Assembly: GCA_963697335.1 (NCBI GenBank)
Contig: CAVONQ010000002.1
Span: 160,001 to 224,000, forward strand
Length of the DNA: 64,000 nucleotides
Reading direction: 5' to 3'
Source of the DNA: an uncultured cyanobacterium
GTDB lineage: Bacteria; Cyanobacteriota; Cyanobacteriia; PCC-6307; Cyanobiaceae
Part shown: positions 32,065-42,659 of the stretch, piece after piece
How the letters are laid out: the number at the start of each line of letters is the position of its first letter
Position numbering within the stretch: position 1 is the first letter of the stretch
Notes under the pieces: model-generated
Database searches by the model: none
The model's input: only the letters and a program-made list of their open reading frames with translations
Told to the model about the DNA's origin: nothing
Position numbers and translations under genes: made by a program

Positions 32065-32972
32065 GCTCCGTCGCCGGCCAGCCAGGCGGCGGCCACGCTG
32101 GCCGGCTGGTCGATGTGGGGCAGGTGGCCGCAGTTCTCCAGCTCCCGCACCCGCTCCCCGAGCAGGGCCAGGGCGGCGCGTTTCTGGGGCAGCCGCAGGA
32201 TGCGGTCGTCGGCTCCCCACAGCACCGCGATCGGTTGCGGGGGCAGGGGAGCGCCGCAGCCGGCGAAGCCCCCCGAGCGGGCGAAGCGCCCCAGCGCCGG
32301 GCCCCAGCCCGGCGCGGCCAGGTGCAGCGAGGCGATTTCCAGTTCGGCGGGGCCCACATCCCGATCGGGATCGGCGAAGGCGCTGCGGCAGAGGCCCTTC
32401 CTCACGCCGGGCAGGGCCAGGAAGCGCACCCCGAGCCCATCCAGCAGCGGCGGCAGGGGCATGGGCCGGCCGGTGAGGCCGGCGGGGGCCAGCAGCAGCA
32501 GGCGGCTGATCTGCTCGGGGTGGCGGCGGGCCAGTTCGACGGCCACGGAGCCGCCCATCGAGGCGCCGATCAGGCCGATCGCTGTGGCCTCCTGGCTGCG
32601 GCTGGCGATGGCCGTCAGCAGGGCCGTGAGGTGCTCCAGCACGGCGGCGGGGCCGTAGCGGGCCTGGGCCGGACGGGGACAGAAGCCGAAGCCGAACAGG
32701 TCGGGAATGAACAGCTGATGGCGCTGGGCCAGCCGTGGGGCGATGCGCCGGAACTCCAGAAAGGAACTGTCGAAGCCGTGCAGCAGTAGCAGCGGTGGCC
32801 CCTGGCCCAGCACCGCCACGGGCCAGAGGTCGGGCAGCCCCTGCAGGGGCCACCACTGCACGGCCTGGGCCAGGGCGCGGCCCTGGGGATCGAGCAGCTC
32901 CCGGGAAGCCTGCTCCACCAGGGCCTGGGAGCTGAGTTCAAGCGGGCTGCTGGTCTCGGTGCTGGCGCTCAC
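32061..32972 (-). CDS. alpha/beta-fold hydrolase
   Basis: LHGFDSS, GASMGG nucleophile elbow, WGADD, CGHLPH. Confidence 0.9.
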   Translation of the reverse strand: MSASTETSSPLELSSQALVEQASRELLDPQGRALAQAVQWWPLQGLPDLWPVAVLGQGPPLLLLHGFDSSFLEFRRIAPRLAQRHQLFIPDLFGFGFCPRPAQARYGPAAVLEHLTALLTAIASRSQEATAIGLIGASMGGSVAVELARRHPEQISRLLLLAPAGLTGRPMPLPPLLDGLGVRFLALPGVRKGLCRSAFADPDRDVGPAELEIASLHLAAPGWGPALGRFARSGGFAGCGAPLPPQPIAVLWGADDRILRLPQKRAALALLGERVRELENCGHLPHIDQPASVAAAWLAGDGA

Positions 32973-34165
32973 GCCGCGACCCGCTCGCCGCAGCGGGTGC
33001 TCACCAGGGCGGCCATCAGATCGATGGGGCTGACGCTGAAGGGCAGGTGGTGCAGGTCGGAGCCGGGGGCGCAGGCAAAGGCGCAGGCCTGTTGCAGTTG
33101 CTCCAGGGTGGCCTGGCCCAGCCCCAGATCGGCCAGATCAGCGGGCAGGTCGAGCTGGCGGAACAGGGGCAGCAGCTGACGCCGGGCCTGGCCGGCCAGC
33201 TGGTTGCCCCCGAGCACTTCCTCCAGCCGCAGCTGCACCAGGATCCCGACGCCCACCTTCTCGCCATGCAGGGCGCCATGGCTGGCGCTGAGCTGGGTGA
33301 GGCCGTTGTGGACGGCGTGGGCGGCCACGGTGCGGCAGCGGGCCCCGCCGATGCCGCCGATCAGGCCGGCGGTGAGGCCACAGGCCTCCGCCACCCGTAC
33401 CCAGGCCTCGCTGCTGGGGTCCAGCAGGGCCTGCTCGGCGTCGAAGAGCAGCTGGTCGCGCAACACCCGGGCCATCTGCACGGCCTGCTGAATCAGTCCG
33501 TCGCTGCTGGCCGCGGAGCTCACCGAGGCCTCGTACCACTTGGCCAGGGCGTCGGCGATGCCGCTGGCCAGGGTGCGGGCCGGGGCGGTGCGCACCAGGG
33601 CGTGGTCGAACACGAGCAGCTCGGGACAGCGCTCCAGCTCCACATCGCGCTCAAAGGCGCCCTCCGGGCTGTAGATGTTGGCCAGGGCCGTCCAGCCGGC
33701 GCAGGTGGCGGCGCTGGTGGGCACGGTGACGCAGGGCAGGCCGTGGCGGTGAGCCAGCAGCTTGCCGGCATCGAGCACCTTGCCGCCGCCGCTGACGATC
33801 ACGGCATCGGGTCGGCCCTCGCTGCCGCCGGCAGCCAGGCTGCGGCCCAGGCGCTCCAGGTCCAGCTCGCAGCAGTCGTGCTCCAGCTGCTCCAGCTGTG
33901 GCTCCACATCCACCTGGCGCAGGCTCTGCTCCAGCTTCTGCCGCAGGGGCAGCGTGGCGGCCCCTCGCCCCAGCAGCAGGGGGCGGCGGCAGAGGCGGGC
34001 GATGCGGGGCAGGGCCTGCTGCCAGGCCCCCTCCCCGCGCAGCACCTCGCCGGGGGCGATCCTGTGGGCCTGCAGTCCGGTCGCGGCCGACGGAGCGGCA
34101 ACCGCTGCCTCGAGGGCTGGGCTGGCGGGCTCCTCAGAGCCGCGGCGGGAACGCTGGCGCATCAA
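32969..34165 (-). CDS. gldA: glycerol dehydrogenase-like iron-containing alcohol dehydrogenase
   Basis: GGGKVLDAGK, PTSAATCA, DALAKWYE, AHAVHNG, HGEKV. Confidence 0.82.
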   Translation of the reverse strand: MMRQRSRRGSEEPASPALEAAVAAPSAATGLQAHRIAPGEVLRGEGAWQQALPRIARLCRRPLLLGRGAATLPLRQKLEQSLRQVDVEPQLEQLEHDCCELDLERLGRSLAAGGSEGRPDAVIVSGGGKVLDAGKLLAHRHGLPCVTVPTSAATCAGWTALANIYSPEGAFERDVELERCPELLVFDHALVRTAPARTLASGIADALAKWYEASVSSAASSDGLIQQAVQMARVLRDQLLFDAEQALLDPSSEAWVRVAEACGLTAGLIGGIGGARCRTVAAHAVHNGLTQLSASHGALHGEKVGVGILVQLRLEEVLGGNQLAGQARRQLLPLFRQLDLPADLADLGLGQATLEQLQQACAFACAPGSDLHHLPFSVSPIDLMAALVSTRCGERVAA

Positions 34166-34256
34166 ACCATCGTAACGACGATTTCAACCGCCCAGCTGTC
34201 CAGCCGGGCGGTTGAAATCGGGTGCCTCTGCAGGGAGACACCCAGAGGGAGCGGCT

Positions 34257-36806
34257 TCAGGCGCCGGCCCCGGCCAGTTCGGGCATCACGGGCAGGGCAC
34301 TCTGCTTGCGGATCACCACCTGTTTGTCGTCGCCCACATCGACCAGGGCGGAATCCCCCTCGCTGATCCGTCCCGAGAGGAACTCCTCGGCCAGGGAGTC
34401 TTCCAACAGGCGCATCACGGCCCGGCGCAGGGGACGGGCGCCGTAGGAGGGGTTGTAGCCCTCTTCCACCAACCGTTCCTTGAAGGCTTCGGTGACCGAG
34501 AGGTGGATGCCCTTGTCGTCCATGCGCTGGAACACCTCCTTGAGCATGATCTCGGCGATCTCTTTCACCTCGTCGCGGGTGAGTTGGCGGAAGACGATGA
34601 TCTCGTCGAGACGGTTGAGGAACTCAGGGCGGAAGTACTGCTTCAGCTCCTCATTCACCAGCGAGCGGATGCGGTTGTACTGGGTGTCCTCGGCAGCACC
34701 GCCGGAGAACTCGAAGCCCAGTCCGCCGCCACCCTTCTCGATCACCTTCGAACCGATGTTCGAGGTCATGATGATCAGGGTGTTCTTGAAGTCCACCGTG
34801 CGGCCCTTGGAGTCGGTCAGACGACCGTCTTCCAGCAGCTGCAGCAGCAGGTTGAACACATCCGGGTGGGCCTTCTCGATCTCGTCGAACAGCACCACGG
34901 TGTAGGGCCGGCGCCGCACCGCTTCGGTGAGCTGGCCGCCCTCGTTGAAGCCCACGTAGCCCGGAGGCGAACCGATCAGCTTGCTGACCGTGTGGCGCTC
35001 CATGAACTCGGACATGTCGAGGCGGATCATCGCCTCCTCACTGCCGAAGAAGTAGGCCGCCAGCGACTTGGTGAGCTCGGTTTTGCCGACGCCGGTGGGA
35101 CCGGAGAAGATGAAGCTGGCGATCGGCCGGTTGGGGTTCTTGAGACCCACCCGGGCGCGGCGAATGGCGCGGGACACCGCCTTGACGGCTTCGTCCTGGC
35201 CGATCAGCCGCTGGTGGAGGGTTTCCTCCATGTTCAGCAGCTTGGCCGACTCGCTCTCGGTGAGCTTCTGTACGGGCACCCCGGTCCAGGAGGCCACAAT
35301 GTGGGCGATGTCCTCCTCGGAAACCATCGGAGACCGGTCGGGATCGGCGTGACCGATGAAGGAAGGCAGGCTGCCGATGTCTGAATCCGAACTCCCGGCG
35401 TCACCGGCCTGGGGTTCATCGTCCTTGCGGGCCTGCAGGATCGTGCGGATCTGATCGCGCAGCTCCACCTCGCGGTCGCGCAGTTCGCCTGCTTTGGTGA
35501 AGTCCTGCTCGCGCACGGCCTCCTCTTTCTGCTTCTGCACACCGCGCAGCTGCTTGTCCACTTCCTTGGCGGCAGGGGGCAGCTTGGAGTTCATCAGCCG
35601 CACCCGACTGCCGGCCTCATCGATGAGGTCGATGGCCTTGTCCGGCAGGAAGCGGTCGGAGATGTAGCGATCGCCCAGGGTGGCCGCGGCGACCAGGGCT
35701 TCGTCGGCGATCTTGAGGCGGTGGTGCTCCTCATAGCGCTCCCTGAGGCCGCGCAGGATCTCGATCGTGTCCTCCACGGAGGGCTCGCCCACCATCACGG
35801 GCTGGAAGCGACGCTCCAGGGCCGCATCGCGCTCGATGTGTTTGCGGTATTCGTCGAGGGTGGTGGCGCCGATGCACTGCAGCTCCCCACGGGCCAGGGC
35901 TGGCTTGAGGATGTTGGCGGCGTCGATGGCCCCTTCGGCGGCGCCGGCGCCGATCAGGGTGTGCACCTCGTCGATCACGAGGATCACGTTGCCGGCCCCC
36001 CGGATCTCCTCCATGATTTTTTTGAGGCGCTCCTCGAACTCACCGCGGTACTTGGTACCGGCCACCAGCAGGCCGATGTCCAGGGTGAGCACCCGTTTGT
36101 CCTCGAGGATGTCGGGGATGTCGCCGGTGTTGATGCGCTGGGCGAGGCCCTCGGCGATGGCGGTCTTGCCGACGCCAGGCTCGCCGATCAGAACGGGGTT
36201 GTTCTTGGTCCGGCGCCCCAGGATCTGGATCACCCGCTCGATCTCCTTCTGCCGGCCGACCACCGGGTCGAGCTTGCCGTCGGCCGCCTGCTGGGTGAGG
36301 TTGCTGCCGAACTCATCCAGGGTGGGTGTCTTGGTGGAGCCCTTGCTGCCACCGCCGGCGGCCACTTCGGCCGTCTCGCCCAGCATGCGGATCACCTGGG
36401 TGCGCACCTTGGCCAGGTCGACACCGAGGTTCTCGAGCACCCGGGCGGCCACGCCCTCGCCCTCCCGGATCAGGCCCAGCAGCAGGTGCTCGGTGCCGAT
36501 GTAGTTGTGGCCCAGCTGGCGGGCCTCCTCCAGGGAGAGCTCCAGCACACGCTTGGCCCTGGGGGTGAAGGGGATCTCCACCGCCACGAAGCCAGAGCCG
36601 CGGCCGATGATCTTCTCCACCTCGACGCGGGCGTCCTTGAGGTTCACGCCCATGGACTTGAGCACCTTGGCCGCTACGCCGGTGCCCTCCCCGATCAGGC
36701 CCAAAAGGATCTGCTCAGTGCCAACAAAGTTGTGACCAAGGCGGCGGGCCTCTTCCTGGGCCAGCATGATCACCTTGATGGCCTTCTCGGTAAACCGCTC
36801 GAACAT
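34257..36806 (-). CDS. clpC: ATP-dependent Clp protease ATP-binding subunit ClpC
   Basis: [12 protein letters not shown], two Walker A motifs ([16 protein letters not shown]), GARPLRR. Confidence 0.98.
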   Translation of the reverse strand: MFERFTEKAIKVIMLAQEEARRLGHNFVGTEQILLGLIGEGTGVAAKVLKSMGVNLKDARVEVEKIIGRGSGFVAVEIPFTPRAKRVLELSLEEARQLGHNYIGTEHLLLGLIREGEGVAARVLENLGVDLAKVRTQVIRMLGETAEVAAGGGSKGSTKTPTLDEFGSNLTQQAADGKLDPVVGRQKEIERVIQILGRRTKNNPVLIGEPGVGKTAIAEGLAQRINTGDIPDILEDKRVLTLDIGLLVAGTKYRGEFEERLKKIMEEIRGAGNVILVIDEVHTLIGAGAAEGAIDAANILKPALARGELQCIGATTLDEYRKHIERDAALERRFQPVMVGEPSVEDTIEILRGLRERYEEHHRLKIADEALVAAATLGDRYISDRFLPDKAIDLIDEAGSRVRLMNSKLPPAAKEVDKQLRGVQKQKEEAVREQDFTKAGELRDREVELRDQIRTILQARKDDEPQAGDAGSSDSDIGSLPSFIGHADPDRSPMVSEEDIAHIVASWTGVPVQKLTESESAKLLNMEETLHQRLIGQDEAVKAVSRAIRRARVGLKNPNRPIASFIFSGPTGVGKTELTKSLAAYFFGSEEAMIRLDMSEFMERHTVSKLIGSPPGYVGFNEGGQLTEAVRRRPYTVVLFDEIEKAHPDVFNLLLQLLEDGRLTDSKGRTVDFKNTLIIMTSNIGSKVIEKGGGGLGFEFSGGAAEDTQYNRIRSLVNEELKQYFRPEFLNRLDEIIVFRQLTRDEVKEIAEIMLKEVFQRMDDKGIHLSVTEAFKERLVEEGYNPSYGARPLRRAVMRLLEDSLAEEFLSGRISEGDSALVDVGDDKQVVIRKQSALPVMPELAGAGA

Positions 36807-36968
36807 GGGGCGGGGCCTGGTGCAAGTTCACCCAACCTATCAGGGTTGACTGGGTGGTGTGGTTACGGGGAGGCCAGTTCGCAAAAGCCAGTGGTGGCAA
36901 GAAGCTGAACGCTTTTAAGTGCAACTCAGTGCAGCAAATTGGAGCTTCTGTGCAATAAGAAAAGCCGG

Positions 36969-37541
36969 TTATCCGCACCGGTCGATCGTGTTGTCCGCTC
37001 GATCGCCCCGGGCCGGCTCCACAAGCGAGAGCCATTGGATCAGGGCCGCCTCGCCGTTGCGGTAGTAATCGCGACGCCTGCCGCGGCTGCTGAACCCCAG
37101 GGCCCCATACAGGCCCAGGGCGGCCCGGTTCCCCTCGCCCACCTCCAGGGTGGCGGCCCTGGCACCGCTGCTGCGGCCCTCCGCCAGCAGGGCCTGCAGC
37201 ACCTGCCCCCCCAGGCCCCGGCGCCGTTGCTGCGGCCGCACCGCCACCAGGGTGATGTGCAGCTCATCGACGATCAGCCAGCCGCAGGCCATCGCCACCA
37301 GGGCGTCCTCCTGCCAGAGCCCCACCGCCGTGCGTGCCTGATCGGCCAGTTCCGTCTGCCACTGGGCAGCGCTCCAGAGCTGGCCCAGGGCGGCGGCGTC
37401 GAGGTCCTGGCAGGCCGCCAGGTGCTCGGGCTCCAGGGTGCTGAGCCGCAGGCCCCGGTCGGCGCCGGCTTGGCCATGGCTCCCCTGGCCACCGTCACCA
37501 GGCTCGCCGGGTCCGCTGCTGACTCGATCTCTTCCGTACAT
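36969..37541 (-). CDS. rimI: RimI-like GNAT N-acetyltransferase
   Basis: DELHIT, RRRGLG, TLEV..GN..ALGLY..LGF, RRDYY. Start uncertain. Confidence 0.8.
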   Translation of the reverse strand: MYGRDRVSSGPGEPGDGGQGSHGQAGADRGLRLSTLEPEHLAACQDLDAAALGQLWSAAQWQTELADQARTAVGLWQEDALVAMACGWLIVDELHITLVAVRPQQRRRGLGGQVLQALLAEGRSSGARAATLEVGEGNRAALGLYGALGFSSRGRRRDYYRNGEAALIQWLSLVEPARGDRADNTIDRCG

Positions 37542-37579
37542 TCGTCTGTGTCGTCGCGCACCCGACCTGCGGTCTTCCC

Positions 37580-39010
37580 ATGGTGATGTCCAGCGAGCCC
37601 GTCACCGGGACTGATCCAGCGCCCGGTCAGATCCCCCAGGCGGCGGTGGCCCAGCAGCCCTTCGAGAGCGGCTGTGACGCCAGCAGCCCCAACCGCAACC
37701 TGGCGCCGATCAGCACCAGCCTTGACGCCGAGGGTCGCCTGGTGGTGGGGGGCTGCCGGCTGAGCGATCTGGCCCGCACCTACGGCACGCCCCTCTATGT
37801 GCTGGATGAGGCCACCCTGCGGGCCAGCTGCCGCGCCTACCGCGATGCCCTGGCCGCCTCCTATCCCGGCCCCTCCCTGGCCCTCTATGCCTCCAAGGCC
37901 AACAGCTCCCTGGCGATCACCGCCCTGGTGGCCCAGGAAGGTCTGGGGCTCGATGCCGTGTCCGCCGGGGAACTGCTCACCGCCCTGGGCGGGGGCATGC
38001 CGCCGGAGCGCATCGTGCTGCACGGCAACAACAAGAGCCTGGAGGAGCTGGCCCTGGCCGCCCAGGCGGGCGTCACGGTGGTGGTGGACAACTGGCGCGA
38101 CATCGAGTTGCTCAGCGCCCTGGCCCCTTCCCTGGCGGAGCCGGTGCGGCTGATGCTGCGCTTCACGCCGGGCATCGAGTGCCACACCCACGAGTACATC
38201 CGCACCGGCCACCTGGACAGCAAGTTCGGCTTCGACCCCGAGCAGTTGCAGCAGGTGCTGAGCCACCTGGCCGGCTGCAGCTGGGCCCGCCTCACCGGCC
38301 TGCACGCCCACATCGGTTCCCAGATCTTCGAACTCCAGCCCCACCACGACCTGGCCGCCGTGATGGCCGACGCCCTGGCCCAGGCCCGGGGCCTCGGCCA
38401 CCCGGTGAGCGACCTCAATGTGGGCGGGGGCCTCGGCATCCGCTACGTGGCCGGCGACGACCCGCCGACCATCCAGGCCTGGGTAAGCACGGTGGCCGAG
38501 GCGGTGGCGGCGGCCTGCCGCGACCGGGGGCTGGACCTGCCGCGCCTGCTGTGTGAGCCGGGCCGCTCCCTGGTGGCCACCGCCGGCGTCACCGTCTACG
38601 AACTCGGCAGCCGCAAGGCCATCCCCGGCCTGCGCACCTACCTCTCCGTGGATGGCGGCATGAGCGACAACCCCCGCCCGATCACCTACCAATCGCAGTA
38701 CACAGCCCTGCTGGCGGACCGGCCCACCGCCGAGGCCAGCGAGACGGTGACGGTGGCGGGCAAGCACTGCGAATCCGGCGATGTGCTGCTGCCGGAGATC
38801 GCCCTGCCGCCTGCCACCAGTGGCGACCTGCTGGCGGTGTTCGCCACCGGCGCCTACAACGCCTCGATGGCCTCCAACTACAACCGCATCCCGCGGCCGG
38901 CGGCGGTGCTGGTGCACGAGGGTCTGGCGGAGCTGGTGCAGCGCCGGGAGCAGCCGGAAGACCTACTGCGCTACGACGTTCTGCCAGCGCGCCTGACGCC
39001 GGTAACCTGA
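37580..39010 (+). CDS. lysA: diaminopimelate decarboxylase
   Basis: YGTPLY, YASKAN, SKFG, HIGSQ, EPGR, HCESGD, GAYNASMASNYN. Confidence 0.96.
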   Translation: MVMSSEPVTGTDPAPGQIPQAAVAQQPFESGCDASSPNRNLAPISTSLDAEGRLVVGGCRLSDLARTYGTPLYVLDEATLRASCRAYRDALAASYPGPSLALYASKANSSLAITALVAQEGLGLDAVSAGELLTALGGGMPPERIVLHGNNKSLEELALAAQAGVTVVVDNWRDIELLSALAPSLAEPVRLMLRFTPGIECHTHEYIRTGHLDSKFGFDPEQLQQVLSHLAGCSWARLTGLHAHIGSQIFELQPHHDLAAVMADALAQARGLGHPVSDLNVGGGLGIRYVAGDDPPTIQAWVSTVAEAVAAACRDRGLDLPRLLCEPGRSLVATAGVTVYELGSRKAIPGLRTYLSVDGGMSDNPRPITYQSQYTALLADRPTAEASETVTVAGKHCESGDVLLPEIALPPATSGDLLAVFATGAYNASMASNYNRIPRPAAVLVHEGLAELVQRREQPEDLLRYDVLPARLTPVT

Positions 39011-39019
39011 CGCCGAGAA

Positions 39020-39862
39020 TTGGGTTCAGGCGTGACCGGGCCGTGGCTGGAAGGTTGGCTTCGGCTGCTGGATCTGCGTCTGTTGATCGATCTGGTCTGC
39101 GCCACGGCCCTGGGCATGGTGGTGCTGGGGCGGGTCACGGAGGCACGGACGCTGTGGCTGCTGCGGGGCTACCTGCTGCTGGTGGCGATGGCCTGGCTGG
39201 TGCAGCGCTTCGCCAACCTGCCCCTCACCACCAAGCTGGTGGATGCCCTGGTGCTGGCCTGCAGCCTCGCCCTGGCGATCCTCTGGCAGGGGGAGCTGCG
39301 GCGGCTGATGGAACTGCTGGGTACCGGCCGGCTGGGACTGCTGTTCGGCGACCGCAACCGCGATCAGCTGATGTCCAGCTCGGTGGGGGTGCTGAGTGAG
39401 GCGGCGGGGCGGCTCTCCCAGGCGCGGCGGGGCGGCCTGATCGTGGTGGACCTGGGCAGCGACCTGCGCCCCGAGGATTTCCTCAGCCCCGGCCTGGCCA
39501 TCGATGCCCAGCTCTCGGTGGACCTGCTGCTCAACCTCTTCGCCGCCGACACTCCCCTCCATGACGGCGCGGTGCTGGTGAAGGGCAACCGCATCCTGGC
39601 GGCGGGGGTGATCCTGCCCCTCTCCCGCCAGGGGATGAACCGCTACGGCACCCGCCACCTGGCCGCCATCGGCCTCACGGAGCGCTTCGATCGCTGCCTG
39701 GCGATCGTGGTGTCGGAGGAGACGGGCACCCTGGCCCTGGCCAGCCAGGGCCGCCTGGAGCGGCCGATCACCAGCAGCCGCCTTCATGATCTGCTCACCC
39801 GGGCGTTGGCCCAGTCCAGCGGGCGTACCGTGACCAAGGACACGCCGGATTCCCGCGGATGA
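39020..39862 (+). CDS. cdaA: diadenylate cyclase CdaA
   Basis: Three TM helices, QGELRR, TPLHDGA, GTRH, VVSEETG; sits between lysA and uppS. Confidence 0.9.
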   Translation: MGSGVTGPWLEGWLRLLDLRLLIDLVCATALGMVVLGRVTEARTLWLLRGYLLLVAMAWLVQRFANLPLTTKLVDALVLACSLALAILWQGELRRLMELLGTGRLGLLFGDRNRDQLMSSSVGVLSEAAGRLSQARRGGLIVVDLGSDLRPEDFLSPGLAIDAQLSVDLLLNLFAADTPLHDGAVLVKGNRILAAGVILPLSRQGMNRYGTRHLAAIGLTERFDRCLAIVVSEETGTLALASQGRLERPITSSRLHDLLTRALAQSSGRTVTKDTPDSRG

Positions 39863-40635
39863 GTCGCGCTCTGGCGACCAGCAGCACAAGGCACACCCAT
39901 CCTTTGCCGGCTGGGCTGGATCCCGCCCGGCTGCCGGCCCATGTGGCGGTGATCATGGACGGCAACGGCCGCTGGGCCCAGCGGCGCGGCCTGCCCCGGG
40001 TGGTGGGCCACCGGGCCGGCGTGGAAGCCCTCAAGCGCACCCTGAGGTTCTGCAGCGACTGGGGCGTGGGCGCCCTGACGGCCTACGCCTTCTCCACCGA
40101 AAACTGGAACCGGCCCGGCGAGGAGGTGAACTTCCTGATGGCCCTGTTCGAGCGGGTGCTGCAGCGGGAGATCGAGGGCCTGGAGCGGGAGCAGGTGTGC
40201 ATCCGCTTTCTGGGCGATCTGGAGCCCCTGCCCCTGGGCCTGCAGAACCTGATCGCCCAGGCCACCGCCCGCACCGCCGCCAGCACCGGCATCCGCTTCA
40301 ACGTGTGCACCAACTACGGCGGTCGGGCTGAGCTGGTGCGGGCAGCCCGGCGCCTGGCGCAGCGTGCCGCCCAGGGGGAGCTCGACCCCGCCAGCATCGA
40401 CGAGCAGTGCTTCGCCGCCGAACTGCACACCGCCGGCCAGCTGGATCCAGACCTGCTGATCCGCACCAGCGGCGAGCACCGCATCAGCAACTTCCTGTTG
40501 TGGCAGCTGGCCTACGCCGAGCTGCACATCACCGACGTGCTCTGGCCTGATTTCGACGGCGAGGCCCTGCACGCCGCCCTGCTGGACTACCAGAACCGGC
40601 AGCGCCGTTTCGGCGGCGTGGACCCGGCCCCTTGA
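39859..40635 (+). CDS. uppS: undecaprenyl/isoprenyl diphosphate synthase
   Basis: [37 protein letters not shown]. Confidence 0.96.
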   Translation: MSRALATSSTRHTHPLPAGLDPARLPAHVAVIMDGNGRWAQRRGLPRVVGHRAGVEALKRTLRFCSDWGVGALTAYAFSTENWNRPGEEVNFLMALFERVLQREIEGLEREQVCIRFLGDLEPLPLGLQNLIAQATARTAASTGIRFNVCTNYGGRAELVRAARRLAQRAAQGELDPASIDEQCFAAELHTAGQLDPDLLIRTSGEHRISNFLLWQLAYAELHITDVLWPDFDGEALHAALLDYQNRQRRFGGVDPAP

Positions 40636-40699
40636 GCACGCCCCCTTCCGGCGTCCCGACCGCCCACTCTTCCCGCCCTGTCCTTTCCCCTGTCCTGCC

Positions 40700-41689
40700 T
40701 TGCCCACCTCCGTGACCCTCCGCCACGACTGGACCCGCGCCGAGATCCAGGCCCTGCTGGAGGCGCCGCTGATGGAGCTGCTCTGGCAGGCCCAGCAGGT
40801 GCATCGCCAGGCCAACCCCGGCTACCGGGTGCAGCTGGCCTCGCTGCTGAGCGTCAAGACCGGCGGCTGTGAGGAGGACTGCGCCTACTGCCCCCAGTCG
40901 ATGCACCACAGCGCCGATGTGAGCGGCCGGCCCGAGCTCGCTGTCGAGCCGGTGCTGGCCCGGGCCCGGGCGGCCAAGCAGGCCGGCGCCCACCGCTTCT
41001 GCATGGGCTGGGCCTGGCGCGAGATCCGCGACGGCGCCCCCTTCGAGGCGATGCTGCAGATGGTGCGGGGCGTGCGCGAGCTGGGCCTGGAGGCCTGCGT
41101 GACCGCCGGCATGCTCAGCGACGCCCAGGCCACCAGGCTGGCCGAGGCGGGCCTCACCGCCTACAACCACAACCTCGACACCAGCCCGGAGCACTACGAC
41201 CGCATCATCAGCACCCGCACCTACCAGGAGCGGCTCGAGACCCTGGAGCGGGTGCGGCGGGCCGGGGTGACCCTCTGCTGCGGCGGCATCATCGGCATGG
41301 GGGAGGCGCTCAGCGACCGGGCCGGGCTGCTTGAGGTGCTGGCCAACCTCGATCCCCACCCCGAGAGCGTGCCGATCAACGCCCTGGTGGCGGTGGAGGG
41401 CACGCCGCTGCAGGAGCAGCCGCCGTTGGATCCGCTCGAGCTGGTGCGGATGGTGGCCACGGCCCGGATCCTGATGCCCAACAGCCGGGTGCGGCTCAGT
41501 GCCGGCCGCCAACAGCTCAGCCGCGAGGCCCAGATCCTCTGCCTGCTGGCCGGCGCCGATTCGATCTTCTACGGCGACACCCTGCTCACCACCGGCAACC
41601 CCGACGTGGCCGCCGACCAGGCCCTGCTCGCCGCCGCCGGCGTGACGGTGGAGGGGGCGGTGCCCGCTGCCGAGCTGTGCCCTGTCTGA
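40700..41689 (+). CDS. bioB: biotin synthase
   Basis: [15 protein letters not shown] radical SAM motif, YNHNLDT, VPIN, RLSAGR. Confidence 0.96.
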   Translation: MPTSVTLRHDWTRAEIQALLEAPLMELLWQAQQVHRQANPGYRVQLASLLSVKTGGCEEDCAYCPQSMHHSADVSGRPELAVEPVLARARAAKQAGAHRFCMGWAWREIRDGAPFEAMLQMVRGVRELGLEACVTAGMLSDAQATRLAEAGLTAYNHNLDTSPEHYDRIISTRTYQERLETLERVRRAGVTLCCGGIIGMGEALSDRAGLLEVLANLDPHPESVPINALVAVEGTPLQEQPPLDPLELVRMVATARILMPNSRVRLSAGRQQLSREAQILCLLAGADSIFYGDTLLTTGNPDVAADQALLAAAGVTVEGAVPAAELCPV

Positions 41690-41699
41690 GCCGCTCCCC

Positions 41700-42659
41700 A
41701 TGGGCCTGAGCCTGGCCGCCTTCTACCGCTTCGCGGCCTTCGATCCGGCGGAGCTGCCGCCGCTGCGCCAGCGCCTGCTGGCCTGCGGCGAGGCCGGCGG
41801 GGTGCGGGGCACGGTGCTGCTGGCGCCGGAGGGGGTGAACGGCACGGTGAGCGGGCCAGCCGAGGCGGTGGAGGCGCTGCTGGTGCTGCTGCGGGCCGAT
41901 CCGCGCCTGGTCGCCCTGGAGGTGAAGCGGGCCGAGGCGCCCCAGCAGGCCTTTCACCGGCTCAAGGTGCGGCTCAAGCGCGAGATCGTGACCATGGGCG
42001 ATGCCTCCCTGCGGCCCTACCTGGCGGCGGCGGTGGGCCGCCACGTGGCGCCCGATCAGTGGGAGGCCCTGATTCAGGATCCAGACACCCTGGTGGTGGA
42101 CACCCGCAACGCCTACGAGGTGGCCCTGGGCAGCTTTGACGGCGCCATCGACCCCGGCACCTCCAGCTTCCGGGAGTTCCCCGCCTGGGTGGAGCAGCAG
42201 CTGGGGCCCCTGGTGGAGCAGCGCCGCCCCAAGGCGATCGCCCTGTTCTGCACCGGTGGCATCCGCTGTGAGAAGGCCACCGCCCACCTGCTGCAGCAGG
42301 GTTTTGAGGGGGTGCACCACCTGCATGGCGGCATCCTGCGCTACCTGGAGGAGCGGCCGCAGCAGGGCAGCAGCTGGCGGGGGGAGTGCTTCGTGTTCGA
42401 CCAGCGGGTGGCCGTGAATCACCAGCTGGAGCCGGGTGAGGCCAGCCTCTGCCACGGCTGCCGCATGCCCCTCACCGCCGCGGACCGCCAGCTGCCCAGC
42501 TACACCGAAGGGGTGAGCTGCCGCCACTGCGTCGACCGGCAGGGCAGTGCTGATCGGGAGCGCTACGCCGAGCGCCAGCGGCAGATGCAGCTGGCCCGCC
42601 AGCGGGGCGAGGATCACCTCGGCCGGCGCTTTCCGGTGCCGCCCAGCGGCGGTGGCTGA
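41700..42659 (+). CDS. trhO: rhodanese-domain tRNA uridine(34) hydroxylase-like protein
   Basis: EGVNGT, RLKREIVTMG, DTRN.YE, FCTGGIRCEK, GECFVFDQR. Confidence 0.88.
   Translation: MGLSLAAFYRFAAFDPAELPPLRQRLLACGEAGGVRGTVLLAPEGVNGTVSGPAEAVEALLVLLRADPRLVALEVKRAEAPQQAFHRLKVRLKREIVTMGDASLRPYLAAAVGRHVAPDQWEALIQDPDTLVVDTRNAYEVALGSFDGAIDPGTSSFREFPAWVEQQLGPLVEQRRPKAIALFCTGGIRCEKATAHLLQQGFEGVHHLHGGILRYLEERPQQGSSWRGECFVFDQRVAVNHQLEPGEASLCHGCRMPLTAADRQLPSYTEGVSCRHCVDRQGSADRERYAERQRQMQLARQRGEDHLGRRFPVPPSGGG

Noticed and set aside
37580..40635. lysA-cdaA-uppS linkage as a novel system
   Set aside because: This is a known conserved cyanobacterial gene arrangement.
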